Origin: Lentisphaeria bacterium
Lineage (GTDB): Bacteria > Verrucomicrobiota > Lentisphaeria > JABSQK01 > JAWLHB01
Length of the DNA stretch: 64,000 nucleotides
Direction of reading: 5' to 3'
Assembly: GCA_041690595.1 (NCBI GenBank)
Contig: JAWLHB010000031.1
Location: forward strand, 1-64,000
Under the pieces are notes generated by a model that ran no database searches, had not been told where the DNA came from, and saw only the letters and a program-made list of their open reading frames with translations. Both the position numbers and the translations under genes were made by a program. Shown piece by piece: positions 35,710 to 48,425 of this stretch; within the stretch, counting starts at the first letter, position 1, and each line of letters begins with the position of its first letter.

Positions 35710-36483
35710 ATGCGGAACCACAGATATCACGCGCCTGACTCCGTGCGGGTGATCCACCGTCTGAAGCTGAAAACCTTTCACTTTTTTACTCTCATAGAGC
35801 TACTTGTGGTGGTAGCTATTATCGCCATTCTGGCGTCTTTGCTCCTGCCGGCTCTTCAGATGGCAAAGCAAAGCGCCATCAGCGCCGATTGCATGAGTCG
35901 CTTTCGTCAGATGGGCATGGCCATCTTCCAGTACAAGAGCGATAACGACGAGTTTTATCCGGTGAACTGGGTTCCGGAGCACAACATGGACTGGTTGACG
36001 CAGATCGGGCCGTACATCGATCCCAACCAGACGAATTACAGAGACTCCAACGGCATGTGGAACTCGAAGAACTCCACGAAGGAGAACCTCTTCCTCTGTC
36101 CGGCAAGCGGCTACCAACCGGGTCATGGATCGCCGACCATCTATGCCAGGTGGGCCACCATCGATGCATGGCGCGTGCATAACTACCACCTCAGTGTCTA
36201 TTTCGGCTGGCACAATCTAACCGTGCATCCCGAAGGTTCGTCGCGGAAAGACTTCGATGCCCCCGCCGAGAAGATGGCAATGATGGGCGAAATCTACGGC
36301 AGCAACCGCAGGTGGCCCCGCTACGATGCCCGCTGGGTCATCGTCTCCGGGCTCTTTCGGCATCCCGGCGACAGCACCAATCTGCTTCTGCGCGATGGCC
36401 ATGTCCAGAATGTCGGCAACGTCGGCCAGTTCGTCACCCGCATCAATAACGGGGAGATCATCGTCAGACCGCGTAGTTGGTAG
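35710..36483 (+). CDS. Prepilin-type N-terminal cleavage/methylation protein (DUF1559/H-X9-DG type)
   Basis: [25 protein letters not shown]-terminal RHPGDSTNLLLRDGHV. Confidence 0.9.
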   Translation: MRNHRYHAPDSVRVIHRLKLKTFHFFTLIELLVVVAIIAILASLLLPALQMAKQSAISADCMSRFRQMGMAIFQYKSDNDEFYPVNWVPEHNMDWLTQIGPYIDPNQTNYRDSNGMWNSKNSTKENLFLCPASGYQPGHGSPTIYARWATIDAWRVHNYHLSVYFGWHNLTVHPEGSSRKDFDAPAEKMAMMGEIYGSNRRWPRYDARWVIVSGLFRHPGDSTNLLLRDGHVQNVGNVGQFVTRINNGEIIVRPRSW

Positions 36484-36493
36484 AAAACAGCCG

Positions 36494-37165
36494 CTACAGT
36501 TCGACCGTCTTGGCTGGCCAGTTGCAGAGGTGCACAATCGGGCAGACGGGACAGCGGGGTTTGCGCGCAACGCAGGTGTAGCGGCCGTGCAGAATGAGGT
36601 AATGATGAGCATGCAGGAGGTGCTTGGCGGGCACCCGCTTCAGTAAGGCATGCTCGGTCTTTTCGGGCGTCTTCTCCTTCACCATGCCGGTGCGGTTGGC
36701 GACCCGGAAGATGTGGGTATCGACAGCCAGCGTCGGCTGCCCGAAGGCGACGTTGAGAATCACGTTAGCAGTCTTTCGCCCCACGCCGGGGAGGGCCTGC
36801 AGGGCGGCGCGGTTCGCCGGCACCACCCCCCCGTGTTCCCGCAGCAGCGCTTCACAGATGCCGATGATCGCCTTCGCCTTGTTCCGCCAAAGCCCAATGC
36901 TGCGGATCGCCGTTCCGAGTTCTTCCTCTCCCATCGCCAGATACTCTTCGGGGGTCCGGCAGCGCTGCCAGAGTTTGGCCGTGACGCGATTCACCGCCTT
37001 GTCGGTACACTGCGCCGAGAGGACCACGGCAATGGTCAGGTCGAGCGGGCTCTCGTAGTTGAGTTCGGATTTGGGATCGATGTGCCCGGCAAGAATGTCG
37101 AAGGCCGTATCGAACTGAGCCTGGGTAAGGAGCTTGACCGTGGGGGTAGGGGAGTTCCCTGCCAT
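36494..37165 (-). CDS. nth: Endonuclease III
   Basis: LSAQCTD, HhH LPGVGRKTANV, VDTH, [4Fe-4S] CxARKPRCxxCxxxxxC. Confidence 0.96.
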   Translation of the reverse strand: MAGNSPTPTVKLLTQAQFDTAFDILAGHIDPKSELNYESPLDLTIAVVLSAQCTDKAVNRVTAKLWQRCRTPEEYLAMGEEELGTAIRSIGLWRNKAKAIIGICEALLREHGGVVPANRAALQALPGVGRKTANVILNVAFGQPTLAVDTHIFRVANRTGMVKEKTPEKTEHALLKRVPAKHLLHAHHYLILHGRYTCVARKPRCPVCPIVHLCNWPAKTVEL

Positions 37166-37181
37166 GTGGGCGCCTCATCGT

Positions 37182-39188
37182 TCAGGGGGTGGCGAGCCGG
37201 GCTCTGGCGGCAGCCGCCACCGGGTGATTGGGATAGGTCTCGGCGATGTGGCGATACAAGACTTTCGCTTCTTCCGGACGACCGTTATCGCGCAGGGCAT
37301 GGGCCCTTTCCATCTCGATCTCAGGCAGAAAGGCGGGCAGCCTGTTGATGGCGAGAAGGGCATCGATGAGGTCGATCGCGCCCTCAGACCAGCCGATAGT
37401 CCGCAGATGACGAGCGCGGAGGAGGACGTACTGGCCGTCGAGGAGTGTCTCGGGAGCAGCCAGCGGGACGCTTCGGAGTGCGGCCTCGGCCTCACTGTAA
37501 TAGCCCGCGGCGAGTTGATCGCGGAAGCGCTCGATAGCGGCATTTCCCTGGACGGTAAAGGAGCGGTGCTTGTCGCGGTCGGTGATGAAGGTCTGCAACC
37601 GCTCAAGTGCGGTCATGGCGGCATCCCGCTGGTTCCGCAACAGGGCAAGTTCGACCCGATAGAGGCTGAGCTGCCGCTCGTTGCGCCCGAGCAGGCGTTC
37701 GGCCCGCTCGATCACCTTCTCGACAGCCTCCCCGTCGCCCCGGCGATGAAGCAGAAACTCGATGTATTCGAAGATGGCCCGCGGTTCCTTGGTCAGACCG
37801 AGAAGCTTTTCGTAGGCTTCGGCGGCGCGATCGGGATTGTCCGCGGCGGTGGCGCGGGCGAGAGTCTGCCACAACTGCGTCTCGTTGCTTCCCTGGCGAG
37901 ACTGGCGACTTGCCAGCAAGGCTTCGACGACAGGGGCGGCGGCGGCATGACGCTCCTTCAGTTCCATGAAGGCCAGATAGCCGCGCAGAGTCGGCGGGTC
38001 GAGTCGTTCCAGGCTCTGCTCCAGCATGATCTCCACATAATGCGCGTAGTGGGCGGCATTCTGCCACTGCCATTGCGGCGGTATGCCGGCAAAGTGCAGC
38101 GCTCCTTCCGCCTGCTCCCGCTGCCGGGGCTGGCCTGCCTGGACGGTCAGCGGCTCGAGCCCCACGTGAATAGTACGGCAACCGGCCCCTTGGGCGCGAG
38201 CGCCGTTGCCAAGCCGCCAGTCGACCTCATCCTGCGTATAAGTGCTCAGAGCGACCTCCGTGAGCATCACTTCTTCGAGGCCGATGTAGCTGGGTTGCTC
38301 ACTCTGGAACGCGGGGCAGATCGTCGTCTTGTAGTGACTTTCGACCTGCTCGAGGGTTGTAGCGCCAGAGGTGGCAAAAAGCTCAGCGGGCACGGTGAAC
38401 TTGCGACGCTCGTTTTCAAAGCGAGCGAGAACCGCTATCGACCGTTCACCCGGACTGACGACGACGCAGCGCAGGCGGTTCATTCCTTCGTTCAGTTGGA
38501 ACTCCTGCCTTCCGGCACCCAGGCGCTGCTGGTGCAGTCCCAGGGGCTTGGGCTCCGCAATCACCGGCCGGCCGTTGAGCACGACATAGCCCGCACCGGT
38601 GTGAACCAGAAATGCCATGAACTGCTGTGCCCGCGGCGCTTGCAGATAACCGTTGAAGTCGTAGACGATGTCGGTGTCCCTGGTCAATGGATTCTCCACT
38701 ACCTCGATGGTCTTCATCGGCAGTACGCCGATGATCGGGGCGGCGTCGACCTCTTTTTCGAGGCGTTCCCAGGAGTCACGGCTCATCTCCGCAGCGGCGC
38801 GGCGCAGGGTCAGCGTCAACCCGCCTTCCATGGTGAGGTTCCGCGGTGCGCGGCGCGGCGATCCCCAGTACGCGTAGATGGTCTGGGCCTGCTGTTCGCG
38901 GCCGACGAGGATGAGGGCGCGGTTGTCGCGTGTCGGCCCCAGCGCCTGCATCTTGAGCGGACGATGCGCTTCATCGAACGCATAGACGCCTTGACCATCC
39001 GCATCGCCCAGGCCGCAGACTGGAACTTCGATAAAGTAGCCGCCGTCGCGGGTGCTGGGGTGGGTTGTTACCTTGAATACGGCGCGATAGGGGGAGGGGG
39101 TGTGGTGCCAGGCTGCCTGTTCGCCTTTGAGGGGCAACGGTGGCAGGAGCGCGGCGATGACCAGAAGTAGACTGATGGAACGGATCAT
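37182..39188 (-). CDS. Secreted protein with PA14-like region and C-terminal TPR repeats
   Basis: Signal peptide; helical repeats ending AETYPNHPVAAAA. Confidence 0.55.
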   Translation of the reverse strand: MIRSISLLLVIAALLPPLPLKGEQAAWHHTPSPYRAVFKVTTHPSTRDGGYFIEVPVCGLGDADGQGVYAFDEAHRPLKMQALGPTRDNRALILVGREQQAQTIYAYWGSPRRAPRNLTMEGGLTLTLRRAAAEMSRDSWERLEKEVDAAPIIGVLPMKTIEVVENPLTRDTDIVYDFNGYLQAPRAQQFMAFLVHTGAGYVVLNGRPVIAEPKPLGLHQQRLGAGRQEFQLNEGMNRLRCVVVSPGERSIAVLARFENERRKFTVPAELFATSGATTLEQVESHYKTTICPAFQSEQPSYIGLEEVMLTEVALSTYTQDEVDWRLGNGARAQGAGCRTIHVGLEPLTVQAGQPRQREQAEGALHFAGIPPQWQWQNAAHYAHYVEIMLEQSLERLDPPTLRGYLAFMELKERHAAAAPVVEALLASRQSRQGSNETQLWQTLARATAADNPDRAAEAYEKLLGLTKEPRAIFEYIEFLLHRRGDGEAVEKVIERAERLLGRNERQLSLYRVELALLRNQRDAAMTALERLQTFITDRDKHRSFTVQGNAAIERFRDQLAAGYYSEAEAALRSVPLAAPETLLDGQYVLLRARHLRTIGWSEGAIDLIDALLAINRLPAFLPEIEMERAHALRDNGRPEEAKVLYRHIAETYPNHPVAAAARARLATP

Positions 39189-39317
39189 GCTATTGTCATC
39201 ATGGGGCGCACCCCGAGTTCGGTGGTGATTCTCCGTGGCCGGCAGCACCTGCGGCGGCCTCCCTACTATAGCCACGCCCCGTGCTCACCGCTAACAGCTC
39301 GCGAGAGAAAGCTTCAC

Positions 39318-39785
39318 ATGCCCGACAATCGTCTGCAACTCTCCGCTACCTTCATTCATGAGATCATCGCGCATCATCAGCCGGCATCGCAGGTGGTGAC
39401 CATTCCGCTGCCTTTCGGCCAGAGTGAAGAACTGACCATCGATCCGGCGCATGCACGCATCCATGGGGCCGAACTGACCATCCCGTTGCAGAGCGCGAGA
39501 GTGGCGAACGCGGCGCTGCACCTGCGAGGCTTCAGCATGCGGGATGGGCTGCTCTGGTTCGAGGTTCAGAAGCTGCAGTTCGGTCGCTTTCGTTTGCCTC
39601 TGGACCTCATCCTGCGCGTCCTGATTCGCCTGGATTTCAACGACCGCTTCCCGCTGGTGCGCACCGGCGAGCGCTTTGGCCTGGACATCAACCAGCGCCT
39701 GAAAGCGAAGTACGGCATCCACCTGGTGTCGTTTGAGCTGAACGATGGCATCGTGGCCGAATTCGACTACGCCGCCGGGAGCTGA
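39318..39785 (+). CDS. Hypothetical protein
   Basis: GC3-rich coding-like ORF with RBS-like GAGAGAAAG. Confidence 0.55.
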   Translation: MPDNRLQLSATFIHEIIAHHQPASQVVTIPLPFGQSEELTIDPAHARIHGAELTIPLQSARVANAALHLRGFSMRDGLLWFEVQKLQFGRFRLPLDLILRVLIRLDFNDRFPLVRTGERFGLDINQRLKAKYGIHLVSFELNDGIVAEFDYAAGS

Positions 39786-39855
39786 TTTCGCGAAGAGGGG
39801 GGGTACCGCGGGTGAGGCACGCGAGGTGCATCACCCACGGTGAAAGGTTGACCCC

Positions 39856-42489
39856 TTACAGGTCGTCCCCGACCTCATCGTCGCCGACCACGTCCTCATC
39901 CGTATCGACCTCGTCAACCGGCGGAGTCTCCGCGGCAGGGGCTATCTGGGCGGCGGCTCCATCGGGCGGCGTTTCGCCGTCGACGCATACCGCTTCGGCC
40001 TCTTCGTCATCGACGAGTTCCGGAACGACGGAGACAGCGGCAACGCAATCCTTGTCGCGCAGGTTGATGACGCGGACACCCTGGCTGCTGCGGCCAATAG
40101 TGCGAATCTCATCCGCCTTGAAGCGTACAACCTGACCGAGCATGGTGGTGACAATGACCTCCTCGCCGGGTTCGATCAGGGATGCGGCCACCACCCGGTC
40201 ACCTTCGCGCAGACGGATGCTGATGACACCCTGTCCGCCACGATGGGTACGGCGGTAACCATCGACATCCGTGTCGAGTTCCGCGATGCCGGTGCCGATG
40301 TTGGAGCGCTTGCCCATGCCCTGTTCGGTGATGTTGAGGATGTCCAGGCCATCCGAGACGACTTCCATGGCGACGACTTCGTCACCCTCGCGCTTGCCCA
40401 GGCGAATGCCGATCACGCCGCGCGTGGCTCGTCCCATCGGGCGGACATTCTCCTCGACAAAGCGGCACGCCATACCTTCCGTGGTGAAGAGCATGACCTG
40501 CTGCTTGCCATCGGTCAGCTTGACGGAGATCAGGTCGTCATCGTCTTCCAGAATAATGGCGCGGATGCCGGTCCGACGGAGGTTCTTGAACTCGTCGAGG
40601 GCGGTCTTCTTGACGTAGCCGTTGCGGGTGGCAAACATGAGGAAGCTGTCATTGCCCTCGATCGCATCAACCGTGATCATGGCCCGAATCTGTTCGTTGG
40701 GCTGCAGGTCGATCAGGTTGATGATGGCTTTACCGCGAGACTGGCGCTGGGCTTCGGGAATCTCGTAGACCTTGAGCCAGTGCATCTGGCCCTTGTTGGT
40801 GAAGAAGAGGATGTAGTCGTGGGTGCACGCGCTGAAGAGGTGCGCCACGAAGTCCTCGTCCTTGGTCTGCATGCCGATAACGCCCTTGCCGCCGCGCCGC
40901 TGGGTCTTGAAGACATCGACGGGCTGGCGCTTGATGTAGCCGGTATTGGAGACGGTAATGACGCAGATGCCGCGCTGGATCAGGTCTTCGATGTTGATCT
41001 CGTTCTCGCCGATGATGACATCGGTTCGCCGATCCGTGGCATACTTGTCGCGGACCTCCATCAGCTCGGTCTTGACGACGCCAAGGCGCATGCCGCGGTC
41101 GGCCAGCAATTCCTTGAGGTAGGAGATTTCCGCCATGACGCTGTCGTACTCTTTCGTCAGCTCTTCAATGGCCAGGGCGACGAGCTGGTGCAGGCGCATC
41201 TCGAGGATTGCCTGTGTCTGTCGGCGGCTCAATTCGAAGCGGACGGCCAGCAGGTTGCCGGCTTCATCGCGCGTCTGGGAGTTGCGGATGATGGAGACGA
41301 CTTCATCGATATTGTCGACCGCCTTGATCAAACCTTCGAGGATATGAGCTCTGGCCTGGGCCTTGTCGAGATCGAACTGGGCGCGGCGGGTGATGACTTC
41401 CAGGCGATGATCGATGTAGGCCTGGAGGATCTGCACGAGGTTGAGGGTACGGGGACGATTCTTGTCGACCACCAGGAACTGAGCGCCGAAGCTGGTCTGC
41501 AGGGCGGTATGCTTGAACAACTGGTTCAGCACGACGTTGCCCATTTCGTTGCGCTTGATGTCGCAGACGATCTTGATGCCGACGCGGCTGCTGGAAAGGT
41601 CGTTGAGGGTGCTGATGCCGGTAATGACCTTGTCGTTCACCAGGTCGGCGATGCGCCGGATCAGGCTCTCCTTGTTGAGCGCGTAGGGAATCTCGGTGAT
41701 AACGATGCGCTCGCGGCCTTCCTTGGTCTCCTCGATCATCGCCTTGCCGCGAATGGTGATGACACTGCGGCCGGTTTCGTACAGCTGGATGATCGGCTGC
41801 ACCCCGACAATGGTGGCGCCGGTGGGGAAGTCGGGTCCACGAACGAACTGGAGCAGGTCCTTGACCGCGGACGTGGGATGATCGATCAGGTGGACGGTGG
41901 CATCGATGATCTCGCCCAGGTTGTGCGGCGGAATGTTGGTTGCCATGCCGACGCCGATACCGGTGCTGCCGTTGACCAGCAGGTTCGGGTAGCGCGCGGG
42001 AAGGACGACCGGCTCCTGGAGCTTCTCGTCGTAGTTGGGGATCATGTCGACGGTATTCTTGTCCAGATCCGTCAACAACTCATCGGCGAGGCGGGACATG
42101 CGACATTCGGTATACCGCTGAGCGGCGGGGGGGTCACCGTCGATCGAGCCGAAGTTGCCCTGTCCGTCGATGAGCGGCTCGCGCATGGCGAAGTCCTGTG
42201 CCATGCGGACGAGGGTATCGTAGATGGCGGAATCGCCGTGCGGGTGGTACTTACCCATGACTTCGCCGACCACCATGGCGCACTTGGAATAGGAGTGCGA
42301 ATGGCTGAGGCCAAGCTGGCGCATGGCGTAGAGAATGCGGCGGTTTACCGGTTTGAGGCCGTCGCGCACATCGGGAATGGCACGCCCCACATTGACGCTG
42401 AGCGAATACTGAAGATATGCGGTGTGCATGATATCTTCGATATTAACCGGATAGACTTTATCGGCAGGAGTCGATTCACCGTTGGTCAT
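39856..42489 (-). CDS. gyrA: DNA gyrase subunit A
   Basis: [23 protein letters not shown] catalytic Tyr, GyrA-box QRRGGKG, beta-pinwheel repeats, acidic tail. Confidence 0.98.
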   Translation of the reverse strand: MTNGESTPADKVYPVNIEDIMHTAYLQYSLSVNVGRAIPDVRDGLKPVNRRILYAMRQLGLSHSHSYSKCAMVVGEVMGKYHPHGDSAIYDTLVRMAQDFAMREPLIDGQGNFGSIDGDPPAAQRYTECRMSRLADELLTDLDKNTVDMIPNYDEKLQEPVVLPARYPNLLVNGSTGIGVGMATNIPPHNLGEIIDATVHLIDHPTSAVKDLLQFVRGPDFPTGATIVGVQPIIQLYETGRSVITIRGKAMIEETKEGRERIVITEIPYALNKESLIRRIADLVNDKVITGISTLNDLSSSRVGIKIVCDIKRNEMGNVVLNQLFKHTALQTSFGAQFLVVDKNRPRTLNLVQILQAYIDHRLEVITRRAQFDLDKAQARAHILEGLIKAVDNIDEVVSIIRNSQTRDEAGNLLAVRFELSRRQTQAILEMRLHQLVALAIEELTKEYDSVMAEISYLKELLADRGMRLGVVKTELMEVRDKYATDRRTDVIIGENEINIEDLIQRGICVITVSNTGYIKRQPVDVFKTQRRGGKGVIGMQTKDEDFVAHLFSACTHDYILFFTNKGQMHWLKVYEIPEAQRQSRGKAIINLIDLQPNEQIRAMITVDAIEGNDSFLMFATRNGYVKKTALDEFKNLRRTGIRAIILEDDDDLISVKLTDGKQQVMLFTTEGMACRFVEENVRPMGRATRGVIGIRLGKREGDEVVAMEVVSDGLDILNITEQGMGKRSNIGTGIAELDTDVDGYRRTHRGGQGVISIRLREGDRVVAASLIEPGEEVIVTTMLGQVVRFKADEIRTIGRSSQGVRVINLRDKDCVAAVSVVPELVDDEEAEAVCVDGETPPDGAAAQIAPAAETPPVDEVDTDEDVVGDDEVGDDL

Positions 42490-42579
42490 GGAAGGTATCC
42501 TGGTGTGGGGTGGTGAAGTCGTTGTAGGAGAATGGTGTCATGCCTGGCCTGTGCGCTGAAGTGGCTATGGTGGAAGGAC

Positions 42580-45279
<2,700 letters not shown>

Positions 45280-45508
45280 TCAATGAAAGGCACGAAAAAA
45301 ATGGCAGCCGTAAGCCGAAAAAGCGGTTTCCCGGCATTTCTGGCGGCAAATGGAGGTGACTCGAGGTTGGACGCAGATGGCGGATAAAGGAGCGCAGAGA
45401 GGCTTCTTTGCGCTGCGCCGGCGCGTGACGCGGGGATCGCGGTTACCAACCCCTCCCGCTGATGATGATCATCGGGAGGAGGTAGATTTGGCGGTCACGC
45501 CTCGGGCG

Positions 45509-46327
45509 CTATTCCTTAACCGGCTGGGGGGCGCTGTCCTCACCCGGCATGGGGCCGCGGACATAGCTCCATGGATCGGGGATGTCCCAGGCAGGACCGA
45601 CATTGTCTACCGGCAATGGGAAGGCGAAGAAGACGAGGTCGTGCAAGCCGCTCAACTCCCGGCTGAGCCAGTAGTAAAGGCCTTTGCCCACACCTGCCGC
45701 AACACTACCATTCTCTCCTTCCAATTGCTCCGAGCGCACCTGGTAGACAAGCTCGCTGCCGCCGAAGACGAAGTTACCCGCTCCGCGCTCGATTTTGTTG
45801 CCGAAGTCGCTGAGTACCCCTTCCGCGGACCGTTCGCCGCCGTCATAGGAGACGACATCGCCATTGCGGATCTGCTCCGCGCGGCTCCAGGGAAAGCGGC
45901 CATCGAAGTTGACGCCGACATTCTGATTGGCGGGAGGATTGACGGCCCAGAAGGTGAGGAGTTCGAAGAGGCCGAACTCGATGCGGCCGGCGGTGTACCA
46001 GATGCCTTTGGCCAGGCCGACCGTAGCGCCGGCGGTGCTGTCGAGGGCACCACCATCCATCCCGACACCTTTGTCGAAGCCCTTGCCGGTCTGCACGGGG
46101 ATCTCCATGACGCCGGTCAACGTGTTGGTCATCCCGCGAGTCCACTTGTGGGCCATGCGCGTGCCGAAGGACTCCGTCTTTCGCACGCGGACACGATCCG
46201 TCGGTGCGGGCTCGTATTCGAAGCTCTCTTGAGCGGTTGCGGCAAAACAAGCGGCCAGAAGGGCGAGCAGGCAAATCAGGTGTTTCATCTTCTTCACGTT
46301 CTCCACTTCACGGATTTGAACGGACAT
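45509..46327 (-). CDS. Secreted protein with two tandem TIGR04073-like (putative exosortase-associated) repeats
   Basis: Signal peptide; KWTRGMTNTLTGVMEIP..GLAKG..GLFELLTF and KIERGAGNFVFGGSEL..GVGKG..GLHDLVFF. Confidence 0.55.
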   Translation of the reverse strand: MSVQIREVENVKKMKHLICLLALLAACFAATAQESFEYEPAPTDRVRVRKTESFGTRMAHKWTRGMTNTLTGVMEIPVQTGKGFDKGVGMDGGALDSTAGATVGLAKGIWYTAGRIEFGLFELLTFWAVNPPANQNVGVNFDGRFPWSRAEQIRNGDVVSYDGGERSAEGVLSDFGNKIERGAGNFVFGGSELVYQVRSEQLEGENGSVAAGVGKGLYYWLSRELSGLHDLVFFAFPLPVDNVGPAWDIPDPWSYVRGPMPGEDSAPQPVKE

Positions 46328-46336
46328 GGCAGCACA

Positions 46337-46729
46337 TCAACTGCCGGTGAGTCCTTGGATTGTCTCGACGAGAGTATCTTTCAAACCGCCGATCATACCA
46401 GTGATCGACTCATACCACATGGCCACCGCGCCAGGATTGTTGATCCAGTACATGATCGCAACATAGCCCACGATCAGCAGGAGTACCAGCGTAATTGCGC
46501 TCCTTATCCGCCGTCTCAGGCGCTGCCTGCGCTCGTGCTCCGTGAACTTGTCGAAAGTTTCGCTCGTGCGGGCATGGGATTCCGCGCACTTTATCGAGCA
46601 GAAGTCCAGGCTGTTCGACACGACCAGGCACTCTTCGCAGATCGGTTTGAAGCAGCCAAAGCAACGGGCTACCGCTTGAACCTGCGGATGCTTGGGACAG
46701 ACTTTGCCTTCGAGATCGACAGCGGGCAC
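46337..46729 (-). CDS. B-box-like zinc-finger protein with C-terminal TM helix
   Basis: CPKHP..CFGCFKPICEEC..FCSIKC then a hydrophobic helix; GGAGG RBS before GTG. Confidence 0.7.
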   Translation of the reverse strand: MPAVDLEGKVCPKHPQVQAVARCFGCFKPICEECLVVSNSLDFCSIKCAESHARTSETFDKFTEHERRQRLRRRIRSAITLVLLLIVGYVAIMYWINNPGAVAMWYESITGMIGGLKDTLVETIQGLTGS

Positions 46730-46797
46730 GGTAACCTCCTGCGAGTACGCTACGCCGACTCAACCTCAACGGGAAGGCCGGAGCTTGTTTCGCGTAG

Positions 46798-46827
46798 AGT
46801 ATAATCTGACGGCATCGTGAATGCAAG
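46798..46827 (-). promoter_or_regulatory. Putative sigma70 promoter for the B-box/TIGR04073 genes
   Basis: Minus strand TTGCAT, 17-nt spacer, TATACT. Confidence 0.55.
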
Positions 46828-46872
46828 GCAGGGCTTGTCGATAATGAATGCGGGGGCGCGGGAGGCGCCGAC

Positions 46873-46917
46873 GCGGATCAGGCGGATCAGGCGGATCAGG
46901 CGGATCAGGCGGATCTG
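46873..46917. repeat. (GCGGATCAG)x4 + GCGGATCTG intergenic tandem repeat
   Basis: Read directly; reverse complement of the unit at 552-587. Confidence 0.9.
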
Positions 46918-47100
46918 CCCGCGTGGTTGAGATGAACACCACCAATCTCGCCCTTGTGAATGGGCTGGCGTTCGTGCTTATGACCTTGCGCTTCGCCACC
47001 GCCCTTAACAGGCAGCGACAGGCAGGAGTAGCGGCTGTATAGTGCTCATGGTAAGAGAGACTCCCCGGGAAAGGTTCACGAAAACGGAAAGGTTGCAAAC

Positions 47101-48216
47101 GTGTACGATCTGAACAAACACCCCTTCTTCGAGAGTTGGCGCGACCCGGAATCGGGCGTCGAAAGCTTCATCCTGACCGAGCGAGTCGCACCCATCCAGC
47201 AGACCTTTTACTTCACCAACCGTGGCATATCGCCGGACGAGAAATGGCTCTGGTTCTATTGCGCCTTCCCGCCCAACCGGCAACGGATGCTCGGCGTGGT
47301 GAGCCTGGATCCCGAGAATCCGTCTATTCGCTTGTTTCCGCAAGCTGGATTCACCAGCGCCTCGCCCATGGTGACTCCCGAGTCCGACGGGGCCTACTTC
47401 TGCATGGCCAACAGCGTACACAAAGTCGGACTGGATGGGGCTACGCGGACTATCTGTACCGTGCCGGAGTCGTACATCGGCAATCGCAGCTATTCCCGGA
47501 TAGCTACCCACCTGACGGTATCGGCGGACGGAAAGCATCTGTTGCTCGACGGGGATCTCGGCAATTTCTGGTGGGTCGGAATGGGTGATTTAGAGAGTGG
47601 CGAGGTGAAGATCCTCAAGGAGTTCGGCAATCATCATAATCATGCCGCGTTTTCGCCGATCGACCCGAAGCTTTTTGTCATTCCCGAAGACTGGTGGAAT
47701 GACAAGATGAGCGGTCGTCACTTCAGCTATGATCATCGATTATGGCTGATGGACGTCGACCAGAGACGCTACGAGGTCGTTCGACCGAAGGAGTGGGACG
47801 AAGGACGCACGTCGTGGGCTTCCCACGAATGGTGGGCGCCGGACGGCATGCTTTGCTGGAACGACTACGAACGGGGGACCTACGAATGCGATCCGCGGAC
47901 GTTGGAGATCACCCATGTCTGGCGCCGTCCGCTGTGCCACGCGCATTGCAGCTCGGACCGCCGCTGGTGGGTGGCGGATCAGAGTCCGTACAAATGGAAA
48001 GAAAAGCCGGTGGAAATACTCTTCTACGACCGAGCGAATGAAGGACAGCGGCATATTGTCACGGCCATGCCAGAGCCGCCCGTGGAAAGGAGTTTGTATC
48101 ATCTGGATCCGCATCCCCAGTTTTCGCCCAACGACAGCTATCTTAGTTATACGACGATGGTTCGGGGGCAGGTGGATGTGGCGGTTACGCCGTTGAACGC
48201 CTTGACGGCAGGTTGA
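47101..48216 (+). CDS. Oligogalacturonate lyase-like beta-propeller protein
   Basis: DPESG..LT..FYFT..SPDEK, HNHAAFSP, SHEWWAPDG, CHAH, DPHPQFSP. Confidence 0.7.
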   Translation: MYDLNKHPFFESWRDPESGVESFILTERVAPIQQTFYFTNRGISPDEKWLWFYCAFPPNRQRMLGVVSLDPENPSIRLFPQAGFTSASPMVTPESDGAYFCMANSVHKVGLDGATRTICTVPESYIGNRSYSRIATHLTVSADGKHLLLDGDLGNFWWVGMGDLESGEVKILKEFGNHHNHAAFSPIDPKLFVIPEDWWNDKMSGRHFSYDHRLWLMDVDQRRYEVVRPKEWDEGRTSWASHEWWAPDGMLCWNDYERGTYECDPRTLEITHVWRRPLCHAHCSSDRRWWVADQSPYKWKEKPVEILFYDRANEGQRHIVTAMPEPPVERSLYHLDPHPQFSPNDSYLSYTTMVRGQVDVAVTPLNALTAG

Positions 48217-48425
48217 GGCATGGGAAGAAGGGGAAGCCTCGTTGGGGCGACGATGAGGGGCTGGGCATCGATAGCGGGGACGCGAGGCGCGGGAGGCGGT
48301 GGGGCAGTTCCTCAGCGGGCGGGGATGTCGGTCAGCAGGCAGCGAGCTGGTACTCCCGGGCAGCGGCTTCCTGCCCTCCGTCACACCCGGGGCGGCAGGT
48401 GTCGCCCCGGGCGGATGCCAGATGC

